This document shows, in pieces, positions 45,429-59,136 of a stretch of 64,000 nt of DNA. A model generated the notes under the pieces. It did not search any database. It was not told the origin of the DNA and was given only the letters and a program-made list of their open reading frames with translations. Both the position numbers and the translations under genes were made by a program. The stretch lies in assembly GCA_043228905.1 (NCBI GenBank), contig JBHGNT010000011.1, forward strand, positions 16,926,001 to 16,990,000, written 5' to 3'. The first letter of the stretch is position 1. Each line of letters starts with the position of its first letter. Origin of the DNA: Azolla caroliniana (lineage: Eukaryota > Plantae > Polypodiophyta).

Positions 45429-45909
45429 TATTAGAATTTTAATTAGCGCAATGTTAGAATCTTAATTAACATTAAGCAAATTTTAAGAGGAAAATAAGGA
45501 AGAAAGGACGTCAATCCACTTGACCACCCCTTAATGAAGGTGAGAGACGGGTCCAAGTCTCCCACTGGTGTCCCACACCACCATGTACAAACATGGATCG
45601 TACCTTGGGTTTGGAGGAGGAGGCACACGTGTATGAAGCTAGAGCTTTGCAACCCTATTAGAGTCTCTATCTCAAAACAATAAAGAAAAGAGATGCTCCT
45701 TCGTGAAGGTAGTTAGCCTTCTTATATAGACTCAAACCCTAGGCCCTTGTGTGTGTTTCCCAATTGGTTGTTTTTATTTATTAAAAGTAGCAAGGTGATG
45801 AAACACTCTAAAGTTATTTGACTCCCATCATAGAATTGAGATAACTCAATCATCACCCTTCATCCTTACAAATTAGCCCATGACTACTATTACGGTTATG
45901 CTCATAACA
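45429..45909 (-). mobile_element. Solo LTR related to 29898-30348
   Basis: 5-bp TSD CTTAT; T(A)TTAG...TAACA termini; shares cgtc.atcca.tgaccacccc...gagacgg with 29898. Confidence 0.75.
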
Positions 45910-47038
45910 CTTATCCTAATGGGTCAATAGGAGCTCACCAAACATGACTCTCCATATGAATGCCTTTGCATGAAATGTTAAATGAGAATGGCAACCACGT
46001 TGCAATATTTGTCATCACCTTGCATTTGACTTACATACATTCCACATCTTTTCTGTGTTAAGTGATAACCAAGATACCATTGCATGATGATATGTTATAT
46101 TCGTAATGACATGTAACATGTAGTGTACCATCCTTTAACTGCCAATCCACCCAAGGCGCACCATTTGTTTTCATTGGTAAAGATCCATGTAGCAAGGATA
46201 TATTTTGTAATTTCTCCCATAATTGAGCATCTTCAAATTACGGCAAACTTTGAGATTCATTATCAACCACATCCCCCAAGTTTACAACCCCAGTCGAAAT
46301 TAATGATTGAATTGAGATCTCATCTTCACTTTTCCATACCAATGCAACGATTAAGAAGAATTCTTGAACATCAAGAGGTGCTACTCTTTCACATGTTACA
46401 TGTAATGTAATATGTTTAGTCTCATTCGTCATATTTGACCTTCACAAGCAATAATAAAATTTATCTATCTATTTATCTCTCAATAAAAATACATACTTAT
46501 ATTAATAAACATGTTTTGAAAACATTAAAATGGTACCACAACATAGTGTTGTCATCGTTACATAGGTCGTGGGACAAATTGAATCACCAATAAGCAAAAC
46601 CGAACACTCCATCAAGGACATAATTCTAACTTGCTCATAAACAAAATTTCCACATTAATACTCCCTTTAAATTTTGTAGATATGCACTAATTATGTGTCT
46701 ACCATAAAATACAAAAGCATTGTGCATATCCCGATTATGACACAATCCCCAATATCTCAAAAAAAAGAAGGAAAACAATATACAATGTCTTTGATCTTAG
46801 GTCAGGTTGCATGAATTGTGCAAACACCCTCTATCTTGGTGTCAAATAACAATGTAACGCGAAATTTCACAAGCAACTGAACATTATATGAAATAATGAG
46901 CATTATCTTCCACTTGAACAATGCAAAAGAAATGTAACGTAAAATTTGACGAGCAATGGAACACGATGAAACAATGAGTATTATTTTCCCCTTGAAAAGT
47001 GCAAAACAAGCAACTGCATGTTGCTAATCCACACGTCT

Positions 47039-48110
47039 CTTTTTTTCTTTTCTTTTTTAAGGAAGATACACCTTAGTATATTACTTGAAAAGTCTACATA
47101 AGAAAAACAGAAGGAGACATTTCATCTCACTTCTTTTTGTAAGATACAAAAGCTAGTGCATCTGATGATACAGATGATGTCATATATGAACAAGTAGAAC
47201 CATAGTATGAACCATACGTACCATACGTACATTCGCTTTCGCGAATGATTGAACCATTCGCGTAAGAAAAACACCTTCAAAGAATGATAAATACCAGACT
47301 TTTGGATTATCTATTTATTATGAGGTAAATAAGCCTAAAAAATGGAAAAAAACATTAAAAAAATGGGAAAAAAACACAAGAATGTTTGAATAACATTCGC
47401 ATTCGTTTTCCAACGTAGGAAAACGAATGTTATGCTAGATGAACACGAATTTTACATATTATGAGTAGAACAATACTTACTATCCACTATCCAACATAAA
47501 CGAAGGTATGGCATAAATCCACTTTGGACCAGCAGTTGTCTCTGAAAATAATTGGAGTCCTTGCCATCGTTTCTTAAAGGCCACTTGCCATTGCCACAAA
47601 ACATCATCCGAACCCTACAAATCATCATATTGGCCATGAAGTGTGTGAACAAACAACATCCAAAATTCAATAAGCATAGTGTTGAGCTATATATGGGCAT
47701 TGTTAAAAACAGAATCACATCTCGCTTTCCATATTATCCAAAGAGCCAATGACGTAATTGTACGCCAAATGACCAGATTTTTAATTATGAACCGTGAAAT
47801 AGAAGAAGGAAACGAGGTGAGAGAGGTGTCCATAAGAAAAATGAAAAACATGAGAAGCATGCATACTTTCATACCTCATAACCTCTCCATGAAGGAAACC
47901 CCACAATACCTCTCTTTTTAATCCACACCTCTCTTTAGTGCTAGTCCCAAAGGTAAACCCCCAATCAATACTCTCAAAATGAAGACCTTTGATACAAGTT
48001 GTAATTTAGAATGCTGACTAAGTTTCAGTATTTGTAATCATCCATAATCAAAGTTACAACATTCCATTTTTGTTTAACCTTAGATTGTAGCCACTGAAGA
48101 GACTCAATCA
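47039..48110 (-). mobile_element. LINE 3' portion
   Basis: IWRTITSLALWIIWKARCDSVFNN; homologous to 13919-14289; T-run tail; 5' boundary approximate. Confidence 0.85.
47201..47463. mobile_element. Non-autonomous hAT-like MITE (263 bp)
   Basis: 8-bp TSD AGTAGAAC; TIR CATAGTATG/CATATTATG; the homologous LINE copy at ~14125 has the empty site. Confidence 0.88.
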
Positions 48111-48160
48111 TTCTCTTTCTCTCTTGTAATCTGCTACCTAACAATAAGATAGTTGCAAGA

Positions 48161-50578
48161 GTCCCATGTGCATTATTAGACCGTGAGGTCGAAACAAGGA
48201 GTGCAGACGGTACACAATTTGCGGGTGTGAGTATGTAAGAGGGAGATTGAAAGTTAGAGAAAAGGTTTAGGGTTTAGGGTTAAGGATTTAAAGTTTGAGT
48301 TTAGGGTTTAGGATTTGTTGACTGCGAGGTCGAAACAAGGAGTGCAGACGGTTAGCAATAGGCGGTGGGAGTATGTATGAGGGAGAGTAAGAATTATAGA
48401 ATATAAGATGAGAGAGAGAGAGAGATAGGCTAAAAATTACTTTTTTTCATTATAGCGCAATTGTCCCATGTGCACTCCAAAATAAGTAGGAAGTTGAACC
48501 AGTTGAGCAAATGTAAACTATCATTTGTTGGTAGGGTCCTTATCGCAAACCAAGTGATTCTTACCACCATGTGGCACTCAATCTCATGTTGGATTATGGA
48601 CCCTGCATGTTTGCAACGCAATTAAGGCTGCCATCAAGGGCTTTTATATGGTCAGGTTAGGACAACCCAATGGTGGCCGCCTGAGTGTCATGTTGCTGGT
48701 TAACGCAACCGCATGACAAAGGGGACTTGGCCCCTTAACGCAAAGCCGAGCATTGCTAGCCAAAATAGTGGTTTGGTGCTAGGTCCTACCAGGTAAGGAG
48801 TGTTGGAAGGTACTCCTTTGTAACTGGTTGCATACATGGACTCCCAAGTTCGGTAGGCCTTGTCTTAACTCCTTGAACTAGTGTTGCACGAACAGAGTCC
48901 CACCCAAGATGATGTGTCATTCGGAGGATGGGGTAACAAACTCCATCTTGCGGGCGTGGGGTCACATGCAACAACATTTGGTCAAGCACACCCCGGAGAC
49001 ACTAATCAAATGGACTAGACAACCAAATATTTTTGGAATCCTCCTCAGGTGCAAACAAGTGACAACATAATGTTAGGGCAACTTAAGGGCCTAATGTGGG
49101 GAAAGCTAGCATAGATAGGGCTCCATTCTATAAGTGATTGGAGACACATGGTGGCTCCAGGGGAGCACAGGAGGACCCATTCCCTCCCCTCAAGGGAGCT
49201 ATGAAAATGATAGTAGAGGTAGTTGACAGGGTTCAAGTGGGGGATGCGAGAGAAGATACATGGTTCGGTCTCTTTGATGAGGTTGAAACAATTAATTTAT
49301 TGAAGGGCTTGAGTAGATCTGGAGGAGCTACATTATTTGGGGAGAGCTAGAACAAGGGCACTTGGCACCCAATTTGAGTGGTGGCACAAGTTGGTAACAA
49401 CTAGAAGACGGACCCTGATGTTGCTACGGTGGAACCCCACTGGAAGTTGGGGGTCTATGGTTGTCGCCCCCTCACGGAACTAGAATGGGACCCAATGGGT
49501 TTTAGATGGAAACACGGTGGCAAACTACACCACTTCTTTGATTACAACACTAAATTGGGTCGAGCTATACAATTGCAATTGGACGGTCCCCTATGCAATG
49601 GTTGGCGGAAATTAGGCATCCTTGACGAGGTGCTCAGTACCTTTTGGAAAGGTCTCTGGCATCTCCAAGTGCCTGAGAAGTTCAAGCTATTTTGGTTGCA
49701 AATAAACCATAACGTGGTCTTTGTTGGCGAATGGCTTAGTAGGTAAATGTGATGGCCTGATAGCTTGCTCACTATTTTCTTCACCTATTGAGATTTGAGA
49801 CACTGGTTGTGGGATTGCCCTCAAGCTCGCAAGGTATGGGACAGAGTGACTCGCCTCCTAGCCACATGAGAAGTGGAAGGAATAACATCGTGGAGCACAA
49901 CGGCTTGGATCGATCTCTCGGTTGATTGTTGGATGGATGCCTTCAATGCAAATAATTGGTGCAACTATGAATGCACAAGAGGTAAACTCGTCAAGACCCA
50001 ATTTGAGGGAGGCTTGAAGAGCGCCTCCCCTCGGTTCGTGGAGATTGGATGTTGATCGCAAGCTTCACCCTGTGGTCTGTATGGAAAGCACATTGCCTAA
50101 AGGTCTTCCAAGATTTGGTACGTCCCCAAAGGAATTGATCATGGATATATGGTTCACGATTATCAGTTGCCTACGAGGGTAGTTGGACGAGGTTTGCGGC
50201 CACTCCAATAACGTGGTCGCTGCTTGTTTGCGCTTCTAGCAAAAATGGTGGAACATACCGATGATGACGCAAGGAGGAAACAACCCGCGGTGGAACTACT
50301 AGCCCCCATGTTGGTTGTTTCCTACTCACCTCCCACCCTCCCTTTGTTGTAGGCCATAGGATTCGGCTTGTACTGGTAGGTGACGCATGGCACTAATTTA
50401 TAGCTATAGGTACCTACTTACATTAAGTAATCAATTTGAAAGGATATGTACGTAGTCTCATATTCTTGAATTCGGTAGGAGGGTGATTCACCGATTTATG
50501 TATAAGCCCCACCTTGTATAGTCTTATGTAATAATCTCTCTTAACTAATGGGAAAGTAGCTTCTTTTTGAAAAAAAAG
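48161..50578 (+). mobile_element. 5'-truncated L1/Tx1-like LINE with 13-bp TSD
   Basis: gatagttgcaaga at 48148-48160 and 50579-50591; LEWDPMGFRW, FWKGLWHLQVPEKFKLFW, HWLWDCPQARKVW; A tail. Confidence 0.85.
48173..48462. mobile_element. 290-bp insert with telomeric repeats, flanked by a 12-bp direct repeat
   Basis: gtcccatgtgca at 48161-48172 and 48463-48474; TTTAGGG variants lie between two copies of gaggtcgaaacaaggagtgcagacgg. Confidence 0.65.
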
Positions 50579-51054
50579 GATAGTTGCAAGATATAACAAA
50601 GTGTCTCTCTTTATCTCCTCTTAACTTTTTATGTCAAGGCACTACTTATTATTTATAGAAAAACAACACAACAATACAAAAACATCTTGGTGACTTTACT
50701 ACAATAGTGAGGATCATTATAACAAGATAAACCCCCTCAAACATTGTGAGAAACTCTCTCTCTTTCTAAAATCTAACCACCATTGAAAAAGAAGATAATT
50801 GTTATACATGGTAATGCAAGATATTTTCACATCATTATGTAGGAATGGACAACATGTGCATAAACACATCCATTACCAACATACGATGGACATGTATATT
50901 TCATTATTATTTTGGCCATATCTTTTGATGATTGTATGCTATTGTTTTTTTTTTCCAAAAAAGAACTCCTTCCATTAGTTGGGTGAAAGCATGTGAATGG
51001 AAACACTATTATAGTTAACATGTAGCTAAATGACCATAACTAAGTAGTTTTTTA

Positions 51055-51367
51055 GGGAAAAGTACTAGGATACCCTTGGAAGTTCGTCTATTTACCAGAA
51101 TGCCCCTGGAAGTTCCAAATTTACCAAACTACCCCTATGTCCAAAAAATTACACTTTATAAAGTAATTATACACTCAAATCTACAAGCCCTATTTACCAA
51201 AGATGGAAGAAATGGACCCGAACTAGCCCTATTTACCAAATATTTGAGTGTATAATTACTTTATAAAGTGTATTTTTTTGGACATAGGGGTTGTTTGGTA
51301 AATTTGGAACTTCCAGGGACATTCTGGTAAATAGACGAACTTCTAGGGGTATCCTAGTACTTTTCCC
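51055..51367. mobile_element. MULE-like long-TIR MITE (313 bp)
   Basis: ~125-bp inverted arms GGGAAAAGTACTAGGATACCC...GGGTATCCTAGTACTTTTCCC; AT-rich flanks gtttttta / ttttttta. Confidence 0.9.
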
Positions 51368-51999
51368 TTTTTTTATAGCTAATTTTTAGTGGGAAAATCT
51401 TAAAGATACATATAATTTATTATGAGGATAAGAATATTACCATTTATGGTCCACATTTTAGCTAGTCTTTATTTGAGATCACATTCTAATAATCCCTAAA
51501 ATTTTACAGATGAGAGTATTATATACAAATCCCTGTAGGGACACAATAGTTTCATCTTATGTGGATGCCCACGGATTCAAGAAAGGGAGAGGATGACCAT
51601 TGTTGGATAAAGGCTAGTCGTTGTCTTTCAACCCCATCGGAGTCGCCCTTAAGGCCATCATATTGACTCTTTAGAGTGGCTACAACTTCACTCCATATCT
51701 TTTGCATTAACATTATTGGATGCGCGGTTTGGTTGGAGAAGACCCGTCGACAATAATGGATTACAATATATGTTTTAGGATATTATCAACTACATGAATT
51801 TGATAGAAACACTTTATCACCATTGCATCCTTTTACCATATTACGTCACAATGTGAATGGCACAATTTTGCATGCAAACTAGTCTTTATTGTATACAAAT
51901 TAAAGTGTCGGTTCGTATTTGGACACCTAGGGAGTTGATGTGGTCTCTTTTGAGCCTTGTTCTCGATCTAGGCATTTCCATTAGTCATTTTAAAGCTTC

Positions 52000-52900
52000 C
52001 TTAAAATATTTTCAATTGGGTTGAACACGGTGCTGATAATAAATTGAGAGATGAATTATGGCACCACAAAGAAATAGTGGACAATGGCACTATAGAATGG
52101 ATAGTTTGTAAGTATGATGACCACTTAACCTTGCACTAGTAGTACTTGACGCAATTGTCATTAACTAATGTAAATAACAATGGACTACGTGGGCATCCTA
52201 GATAAACAAAATGTGTGTGAGCAACATCTAATGTAAAACCACCATTGATCATTACTTTAGAAATGATATTTTTCTCTAATAAATATTATAGTTTGTAAGT
52301 ATGACGATCACTTAACTTTGCATTAATAGTAGTTGACACAATTGTCGTTAACTAATGTAAATAGCAATGGATTAATTCGGCATCCTAGATCAACAAAACG
52401 TGTGTGGGCAATGTCTGATGTAAAACCACCATTGATCATTGCTTTAGAAATGATATTTTTCTCTAATAAAAAATATAAGGTGGGCGTGGTCCAAGGCCCA
52501 TTGTATGAATTAACCTTAGAATTAAGGACCAATTGGCATGATTATAAGCGTTGTCCATATCTAACTACACTATAATCAATTCATATATGTCAAGCATTAT
52601 CCATAATTGTTTGAACATTAAGTACATTACGTAAAATACTTTTGTAATATTTTGGCCAAGACCTTTGTCAATTCTTTATACAAACCCCGTTAAAGAAACA
52701 ACCCTCCATTGATGAAATGACTTGAATAATAGTAGGCCTAATTTGATAAGATCAACTTCCAAAGCTTGGGCATATGACAAGAATTCCAACAATATTTGAA
52801 CATCAAAGTTAGGGTCCCCTTTAAAGTGTTCGAATACCACTACAAAACTTCATTTGTCAAGCCATTCCAATTAAGGTTCTTACAACTAGGAATTAAATGA
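52000..52900 (-). mobile_element. Highly degenerate LINE RT with an internal 187-bp tandem duplication (52101-52473)
   Basis: LDMDNAYNHANWSL and INGGFTSDIAHTRFVDLGCRINPLLF are decayed versions of LDMEKAYDRVNW and ING...RGVRQGCPLSPLLF; boundaries approximate. Confidence 0.7.
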
Positions 52901-54824
52901 CTTAAAATTGTGACTAGCTCATCCTCTCTCAAATTAACATCCAACTCATGACTAAAGGGGTCCTACACAATACATTCAACCATATCATAAAACTCATGAT
53001 GTGCTTTAATCTTCTCGTTAGTTATAAACAAATACAAACCAAGAAACCCTTGATGTAATTAATATGTTACGTAGTGCAATTATTGTACTCAAATTCACTA
53101 AAAAGCCATTCCCTTGCTTCACGTGTACCACATTAGATCGAGCATGTACATGATGTAGTGAATGAAAAACAAATTAGATCAATAAACCCCTGAGTTGTCA
53201 CCTTTTAGCATAATGATAGCTTTGACATTGTGATTGAGAAATAATGACTTGCAATTAATATGTACACCTAGAGAGACTTGTGAGAATTGTTGATAAAAAA
53301 CCTTGTCAATTAAGCATTAGCTAATTAATACATTCTGTGATGAACAACTTAGTACACTTCCTTGCTATCTGCTTCTTGTGAAATGTTCAACAAATGTTTC
53401 TCCATGATAGAATAGAAATAAGGTTGAAGCAAGAGGGAAGAGTTGCATGGTAATATGGGTTATCCAAGCAAGGGTTCATGCCAATTGAATGATTGCAAAC
53501 TTCTAAACAAATAGGGAAGAGGTATGACCTGAATCATTTGAATACAACAAAGTTTTCTCTCACTCTATCTTCGTAACCCTAAACCCTTTTACATGTATTT
53601 TGTGAAATTGTTATATTTTTGTCTCATCGGTCATATCTAACCTCCGAAGCCAATAATAAAATCTCTCATGCAGTGTCTTACCTCACCTCTTATGCATTAC
53701 ATAAATATTTATTTTATTATTTGTTGTATATGAAATACACTACCTTGTTCTTTAGTTGATTACATTGTCGTTATAGACCATACCCTCCTTGATATCCACC
53801 CTTATGTTCCCAAATTGATCTCCTCACCACGCCAAGCCGCCCCCCCCCCATACCGTGCTAGCCAACCAAGGAATTGTCCCTCTAATTATAGGATGTACGT
53901 CTAGAAGAGTTCTTTTGGTGCTAGAAATAGATGCAATCATCACAAGGGGCCAAACAACTCATACCTTGGTGTGTTGCACTTCCAAACAGAGAGAATACAC
54001 CAAAACAATGAAGACAAGTGCTTAGAATTATGGATGAAACCTTCAACATCACCAAAACCATGGAGAAATATCACCAATGGGTTCGATTAGTAGATGCTAA
54101 TCTGTAAGAATACAAGGAGTGGGTAGTTCAACGACTTCTTGTTAACATGTGTGTCAAACAATGCATTGAAGATCAATTGAGCTCACAAAGGAACAACTCC
54201 AAACAATGAGTTCCACCTTTGAGAAATGAAGGGTTGCCTTGTCATAGAAAACTAATAAGTGGCTAATGCCTATACGCATGCTACCAATTTAGAAGCAAAA
54301 TGCAATGTGATAGTCAACTTATGACTACACTTCAAAGTCCAATTGACTCTTGGAGCCAAGAACATTCTGGGCCTCAAGAAGTGGCAATACGTTCTAGTTT
54401 GGGCAATGGACGTGGTCCAAGGTCATGGTTTTTAAACATTATCCACCAAACAATACTATACTTGAAATAGAATCATGCAATCATCAATGACGCCATACAA
54501 TAATGTAATACCACATCTTTCTACATGAAACTCACCCAAACAAGGGTGTGGCCATCACCTCGAAAAGGTGTGCCATGGAAGCTATGGATCCAAACCTTCT
54601 CTATGTCAACCACGAGAATTTTCATGTGGACGGTAAAGTTGTCTACTTCCTAAGAATAGACAAGACATCTAAAATTCATTCTAAGCTTGATATAGTCACA
54701 TTGAGCTTTTAGTGGCCACCTTGTTTGAAACTATTGCTCTGAAACATATTGGATAATTTAGACCTATATTAAAATGGAGCCACTATATTCTAGGCATATG
54801 TGTTCTACAATTGTCAATACGATG

Positions 54825-56450
54825 TGTGCTTTTGCCATCTCTATGCCAACCCTTTGTTGATTAGCAACCAAAAATGCTTCAAGGACCATTTCTCTCTTCT
54901 CCACAAGATGTACCATTCCCCATGTCTAAGCCAATGCGATTGATTGTGTTATCATACCTAGATGATCCACAATAAAAGACGCATATCGATGACATCGTTG
55001 TACGACCACCACCAACATTTGACATCAAAACACGAATATTGTATTACTTACATGATTTTTTTTTCCAATATGCACAAAACAAAAATGGTTCGAGTGAAAC
55101 GAAATAGTGGAAACAAACTATTGTCTTGACTCTTCTATATAATAGCTTCACGATTCCCTATTGAATTCTTAATCATGCTCTATTGTGCATAAAAAAATGA
55201 TATTCTCGGTCCTCACATATTTTAAGTTTGAAAAACATCTCAAATTCAGCTCATGTGGGATGCTTTCTTCAACCTTCAAATAATGTGAGTGAATCATACG
55301 CCTAACTTTGGGCAACAAAACTTACATTATGAGATATTATTAGAAAAAGTTGTGAATAACACCTTCACATGACCATGCTCAACTTGTGAAAATGACACAA
55401 ACCACATAGGGAGAAGACAATATTAACCTACCTCTATTATAAGTCTTGAGCGTAACCTTGGACCATAGCGTCAATAGTGACATGTCTTGTGAATACTTAA
55501 AACTCCACCACTTATGTTACATCTGACATGATCATAAGATAAACATTGGCACACCTTCACTTAGTGTGGCCAAGTAGTAGGTGACATGACACAATATGGT
55601 TGTACACCATCACCACCTTTGTATACGAGCCAAAGAAGAATGTAAAGAGATAGAGTGAACCTAGAATATAACTCTTCGTCTTTTCCATTGTTAGCAGTAT
55701 ATCACGATTCCTAATTAGATCAAGAAAAGTCAAGTTTTTAAGCTCAACTTTCTTGTACTTTTGCTTCATTATTAATCTACATTGGTTCTCTAAGTTGTCT
55801 TGTTTCTTCCTTATTACTCATTCAAAGTATGTAGGAAGCAAGTACAAATTATTGTGTTATGTTATGCAAGTTTGCAAGTGTGTTGTTGCCACCTTTGTGC
55901 CAACTCTTTGTCAACTAGCAACCACCTATGTCCCAAGGATCGATTCCCTCTTTTACATGGGATGTACCATTCGTCATGTTTGAGCCAATGTGATCAATTG
56001 TGATATCCAATAGGACATCAAAATGTTCCTCGGTGAAAGAAGTGTGTCAACGACATCATAGTACAACTACCACCAACACGCGACGTTAAAACTTGAGTCT
56101 TGTATCACGTTTATGATGTTCGTTTCCTATGTGTGTGAAATAATAATGGTTTCGAGTGAAGTAAAATATGTGAAACCAACAATTGTCTTGACTCTTCTAT
56201 TTTATAGTATCATTCCATATTGAATTCTTAGTAATGCTCTATTGCAAATAAAAAAATGATACTCTCTCTCCTCATGTATTTAAATTTGAAAAACATCTAG
56301 ACTTCCCCTTATGTGTATTGCTTTCTTCCACCTTCAAATAGTGTGCGTGAATCATACGCCTAGCGTTGGGTAACAAAGCTTTCCTTATAGGATACTATAA
56401 AAAAGGAAGTTGTAAATAACATCTTTACATGATCATGCTTGACTTTTGAA
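54825..56450. repeat. Old diverged direct repeat, ~570 bp x 2 (54825-55390, 55878-56450)
   Basis: Shared anchors tgtaccatt, ttcgagtgaa, attgtcttgactcttctat and gtgaatcatacgccta, ~1.05 kb apart. Confidence 0.75.
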
Positions 56451-57236
56451 AAAGACAGAATGCGCAATCCATCAAGACTCAAGTCTTTACACAAATAAAA
56501 AGGCGAATTACATGTTCTTTTAATCAAACATATGTCCCACCGCTGAATAATGTCCATGACGCGACATGTCTTAGACGTAAATGTCACTCCCATCTCCCTC
56601 TCCTTGTTTGTCTGTTCTATATAAACACAACCTTTAGTCTGTTATACAACCACCCACTATTGAATAATATATAGTTGCTAGGAGGTCAGTAACGACCATT
56701 ATATCCATCCCCTACTCCTAGGTTACTCTTTCCATCACACTTATTATTATCCTTACATGTCGTGTCATTGATATTTGGTCTCGAGACCGAGAGGGCGCAT
56801 GTGTATATATATATATTATATATACATATATTCGTAGCAGGTGATAGAGAAGAGAAAGGTCTTGGAATGAAAGCACTAGGTTAGGTTATTTTATGGGAAC
56901 ACATTAAAAGAAGAAGTGGTGGTGGTGGGGGGGGGGGGGGGGACATATCCATAAATAAAAGAAAAGGAAGAAGAAAAGGAAGAAGAAGAAGAAGGGAAGG
57001 AGGAGGGGCATTTTGGGGAATAATGAGAACTGAGGGGCATTTCAGATAAATATGTAAACGAAGAAGAAGCAGCAGCAGAAGAAGCCGCCGCCGCCGCCGA
57101 CGAAGGAATCAGAGAAATCAGAGGAAGGATCAGAGGAAGAAGGCAGACGAAGGATCAGAGGAAGGTACCTTAAGCTGTATCAGAAGAAGGCAGGAAGAAA
57201 TTTGCATCATCAAGAAGAAGAAGAAGAAGAGCAGCG

Positions 57237-57869
57237 ATGGCGATGGCGATGGTGGCAACTGAGATATCTGGCCGGAATCCACGAAGGCTTTGTGCACTCC
57301 AAGGATGCGAGAGAGCCATTGCCGAATCTGTCTCGTCCTCAGGTTCATCTCACCTTGCCTGTGGTCAATTCCATCATTTCCTTCTCATGGCTTCTCGCTT
57401 TGATCCTTCATCGCCTCCTCCACACGCGCCTCTCTTAGATCGGAACAGTCATGGCTTATGTGGTCTCTCTTCCTGTTCTAACCCTCTAGATCCTCTCCCC
57501 AGATATGGAGGAGGAGGAGGCCACTTCTGTTGTAGAAGCCATCACCTCGCTTGGCTCTCCGATTTCTGCAGACACAGAATCTCTGCACGACAGATGTGTA
57601 AGCTTCAAGGTTGCGCTCGGCATGTCTTTGTTGAAGAAGTGAGCGAAGAAGGAGGAGAAAATCTAATCTCTGATAAAGGAGGAGATGAAAAAAATAGTGG
57701 AGATGCACCGGCATGGTCACGACCTAAACCCCGTGGCCGCGTTCATGAGTTCTGTGGATGGAGACATCGCCAGGATTATACCATGCTTCAAGCTTATTCA
57801 TTACGGGAACAACAATCCCCACCCCTTCATAAGGATGGAGACCATCCTTCTTCTTCTTCTTTGATCAAG
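57237..57869 (+). CDS. First coding exon of an unknown protein with three C-x4-C-x(n)-C-x3-H repeats
   Basis: GC-richer ORF after a GAA-rich 5' UTR-like tract; probable donor AAG|GTATTT at 57869/57870 (unspliced ORF ends at 57950); repeats LCALQGC..CGQFH, LCGLSSC..FCCRSH, MCKLQGC..HEFCGWRH. Confidence 0.75.
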
Positions 57870-58143
57870 GTATTTCCTTTTCTCTGCAGTACGCAGGCCC
57901 TTTCTTCCCTGGCTCAAGGTGTCTTGACTCTTATGTGGTCAGTTATCTGATCGGAATTGGATTGGTAGTTTTTCTTGCAAGGTTCGTGGTGGTTTTTCTA
58001 CCATTTCGTTTTCAGTGAAGCTTCCTGTGCACTGGCCTGTTGGTATTGATTGATCCACCGTTTCTTTAGTGATCATGTAGTATATTTTACCCTCTTTTTT
58101 AAAAATCCCTAGTGTAGTGAGCTTTCGTCATGTATGGATGAAT

Positions 58144-58269
58144 GTTTTAGGGTTTTTTGGCATTGTGGTATTCATCAATTCATAATGAATTCTGAGGTTT
58201 TAGGGTTCTGCTGGCATTGTGGTATTCATCAATTCATAATGAATTCTGAGGTTTTAGGGTTCTGCTGGC
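58144..58269. repeat. 54-bp tandem repeat
   Basis: tggcattgtggtattcatcaattcataatgaattctgaggttttagggttctgc x2+. Confidence 0.85.
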
Positions 58270-59067
58270 TGTGTAATATGTTAGAGTCTATTATAAAGTT
58301 TTTGAGGATTACGCTGACTAAAAATTTGATCTGTTATGGCTTCTAGGGTTGACAGTCCATGGAAGCTTGTGTATGAGGGCATGAAGCTCAGTGATCTGCA
58401 GATGCTTTTTTAACAATTTGGCACAATATTGAGCTGAGAACTTCAGGCTGGAAAATGCAACATTCTGGCCTGAAGATTTATAGATCATTTGTATGCATAC
58501 ATGCATTATTACATAATAATTTACATACACATACATTCCCTGTTAAAAGCAAATTTGGACCCTAAAAGCTCCCAAGGATATGTAGAATGCTTTGCTTCCC
58601 ATATTCATCAGGGTTTAGGGTTCAGCACCATGACTAGTTTGAAACCTGGATAGTACATGCCAGGATAATACACAGAGAAACCAAGGAGGGGGGGGGTGTG
58701 TTCCTAGGCTCTAGGCTAAGGCATGATGGATTGGCCAAAATAACTCAAATAGGGATGCCGCCCCCCCGATGGTTCATGCCTCAAATTTGATGCGTTCTGT
58801 ATGAATAAAATGTTTTTTTCGCCGAAACCTGGTCAGGGTGAAATGTTTGTCGAATGCCTCTAGAGCCTCTAATCATTTTGAGGCCACCATTATCCTTTGG
58901 TTCTATCCTTAAAAATGTCTGCCAAAAATTATACAAATGAATGAACACAACTGCCACCTCTTTCATCACAGTACAATTACCTAATGAATGAAATGCGAAT
59001 GCCAGAATAGCAGAAATGAAAGTTTTATTTTCATTTTTCGGACATGCTGTAAAAGCGGGCATTGCGC

Positions 59068-59136
59068 GGTGGGTTTACTCGCTCGTGTGTTTTGGAAAAC
59101 GGTGGGTTTATTCGCCCGTGTGTTTTGGAAAACGGT
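59068..59136. repeat. 33-bp tandem repeat
   Basis: ggtgggttta(c/t)tcgc(t/c)cgtgtgttttggaaaac x2. Confidence 0.8.

Noticed and set aside
58144-59136. CRISPR-like arrays
   Set aside because: These are simple tandem repeats without unique spacers, in eukaryotic DNA with no cas genes.
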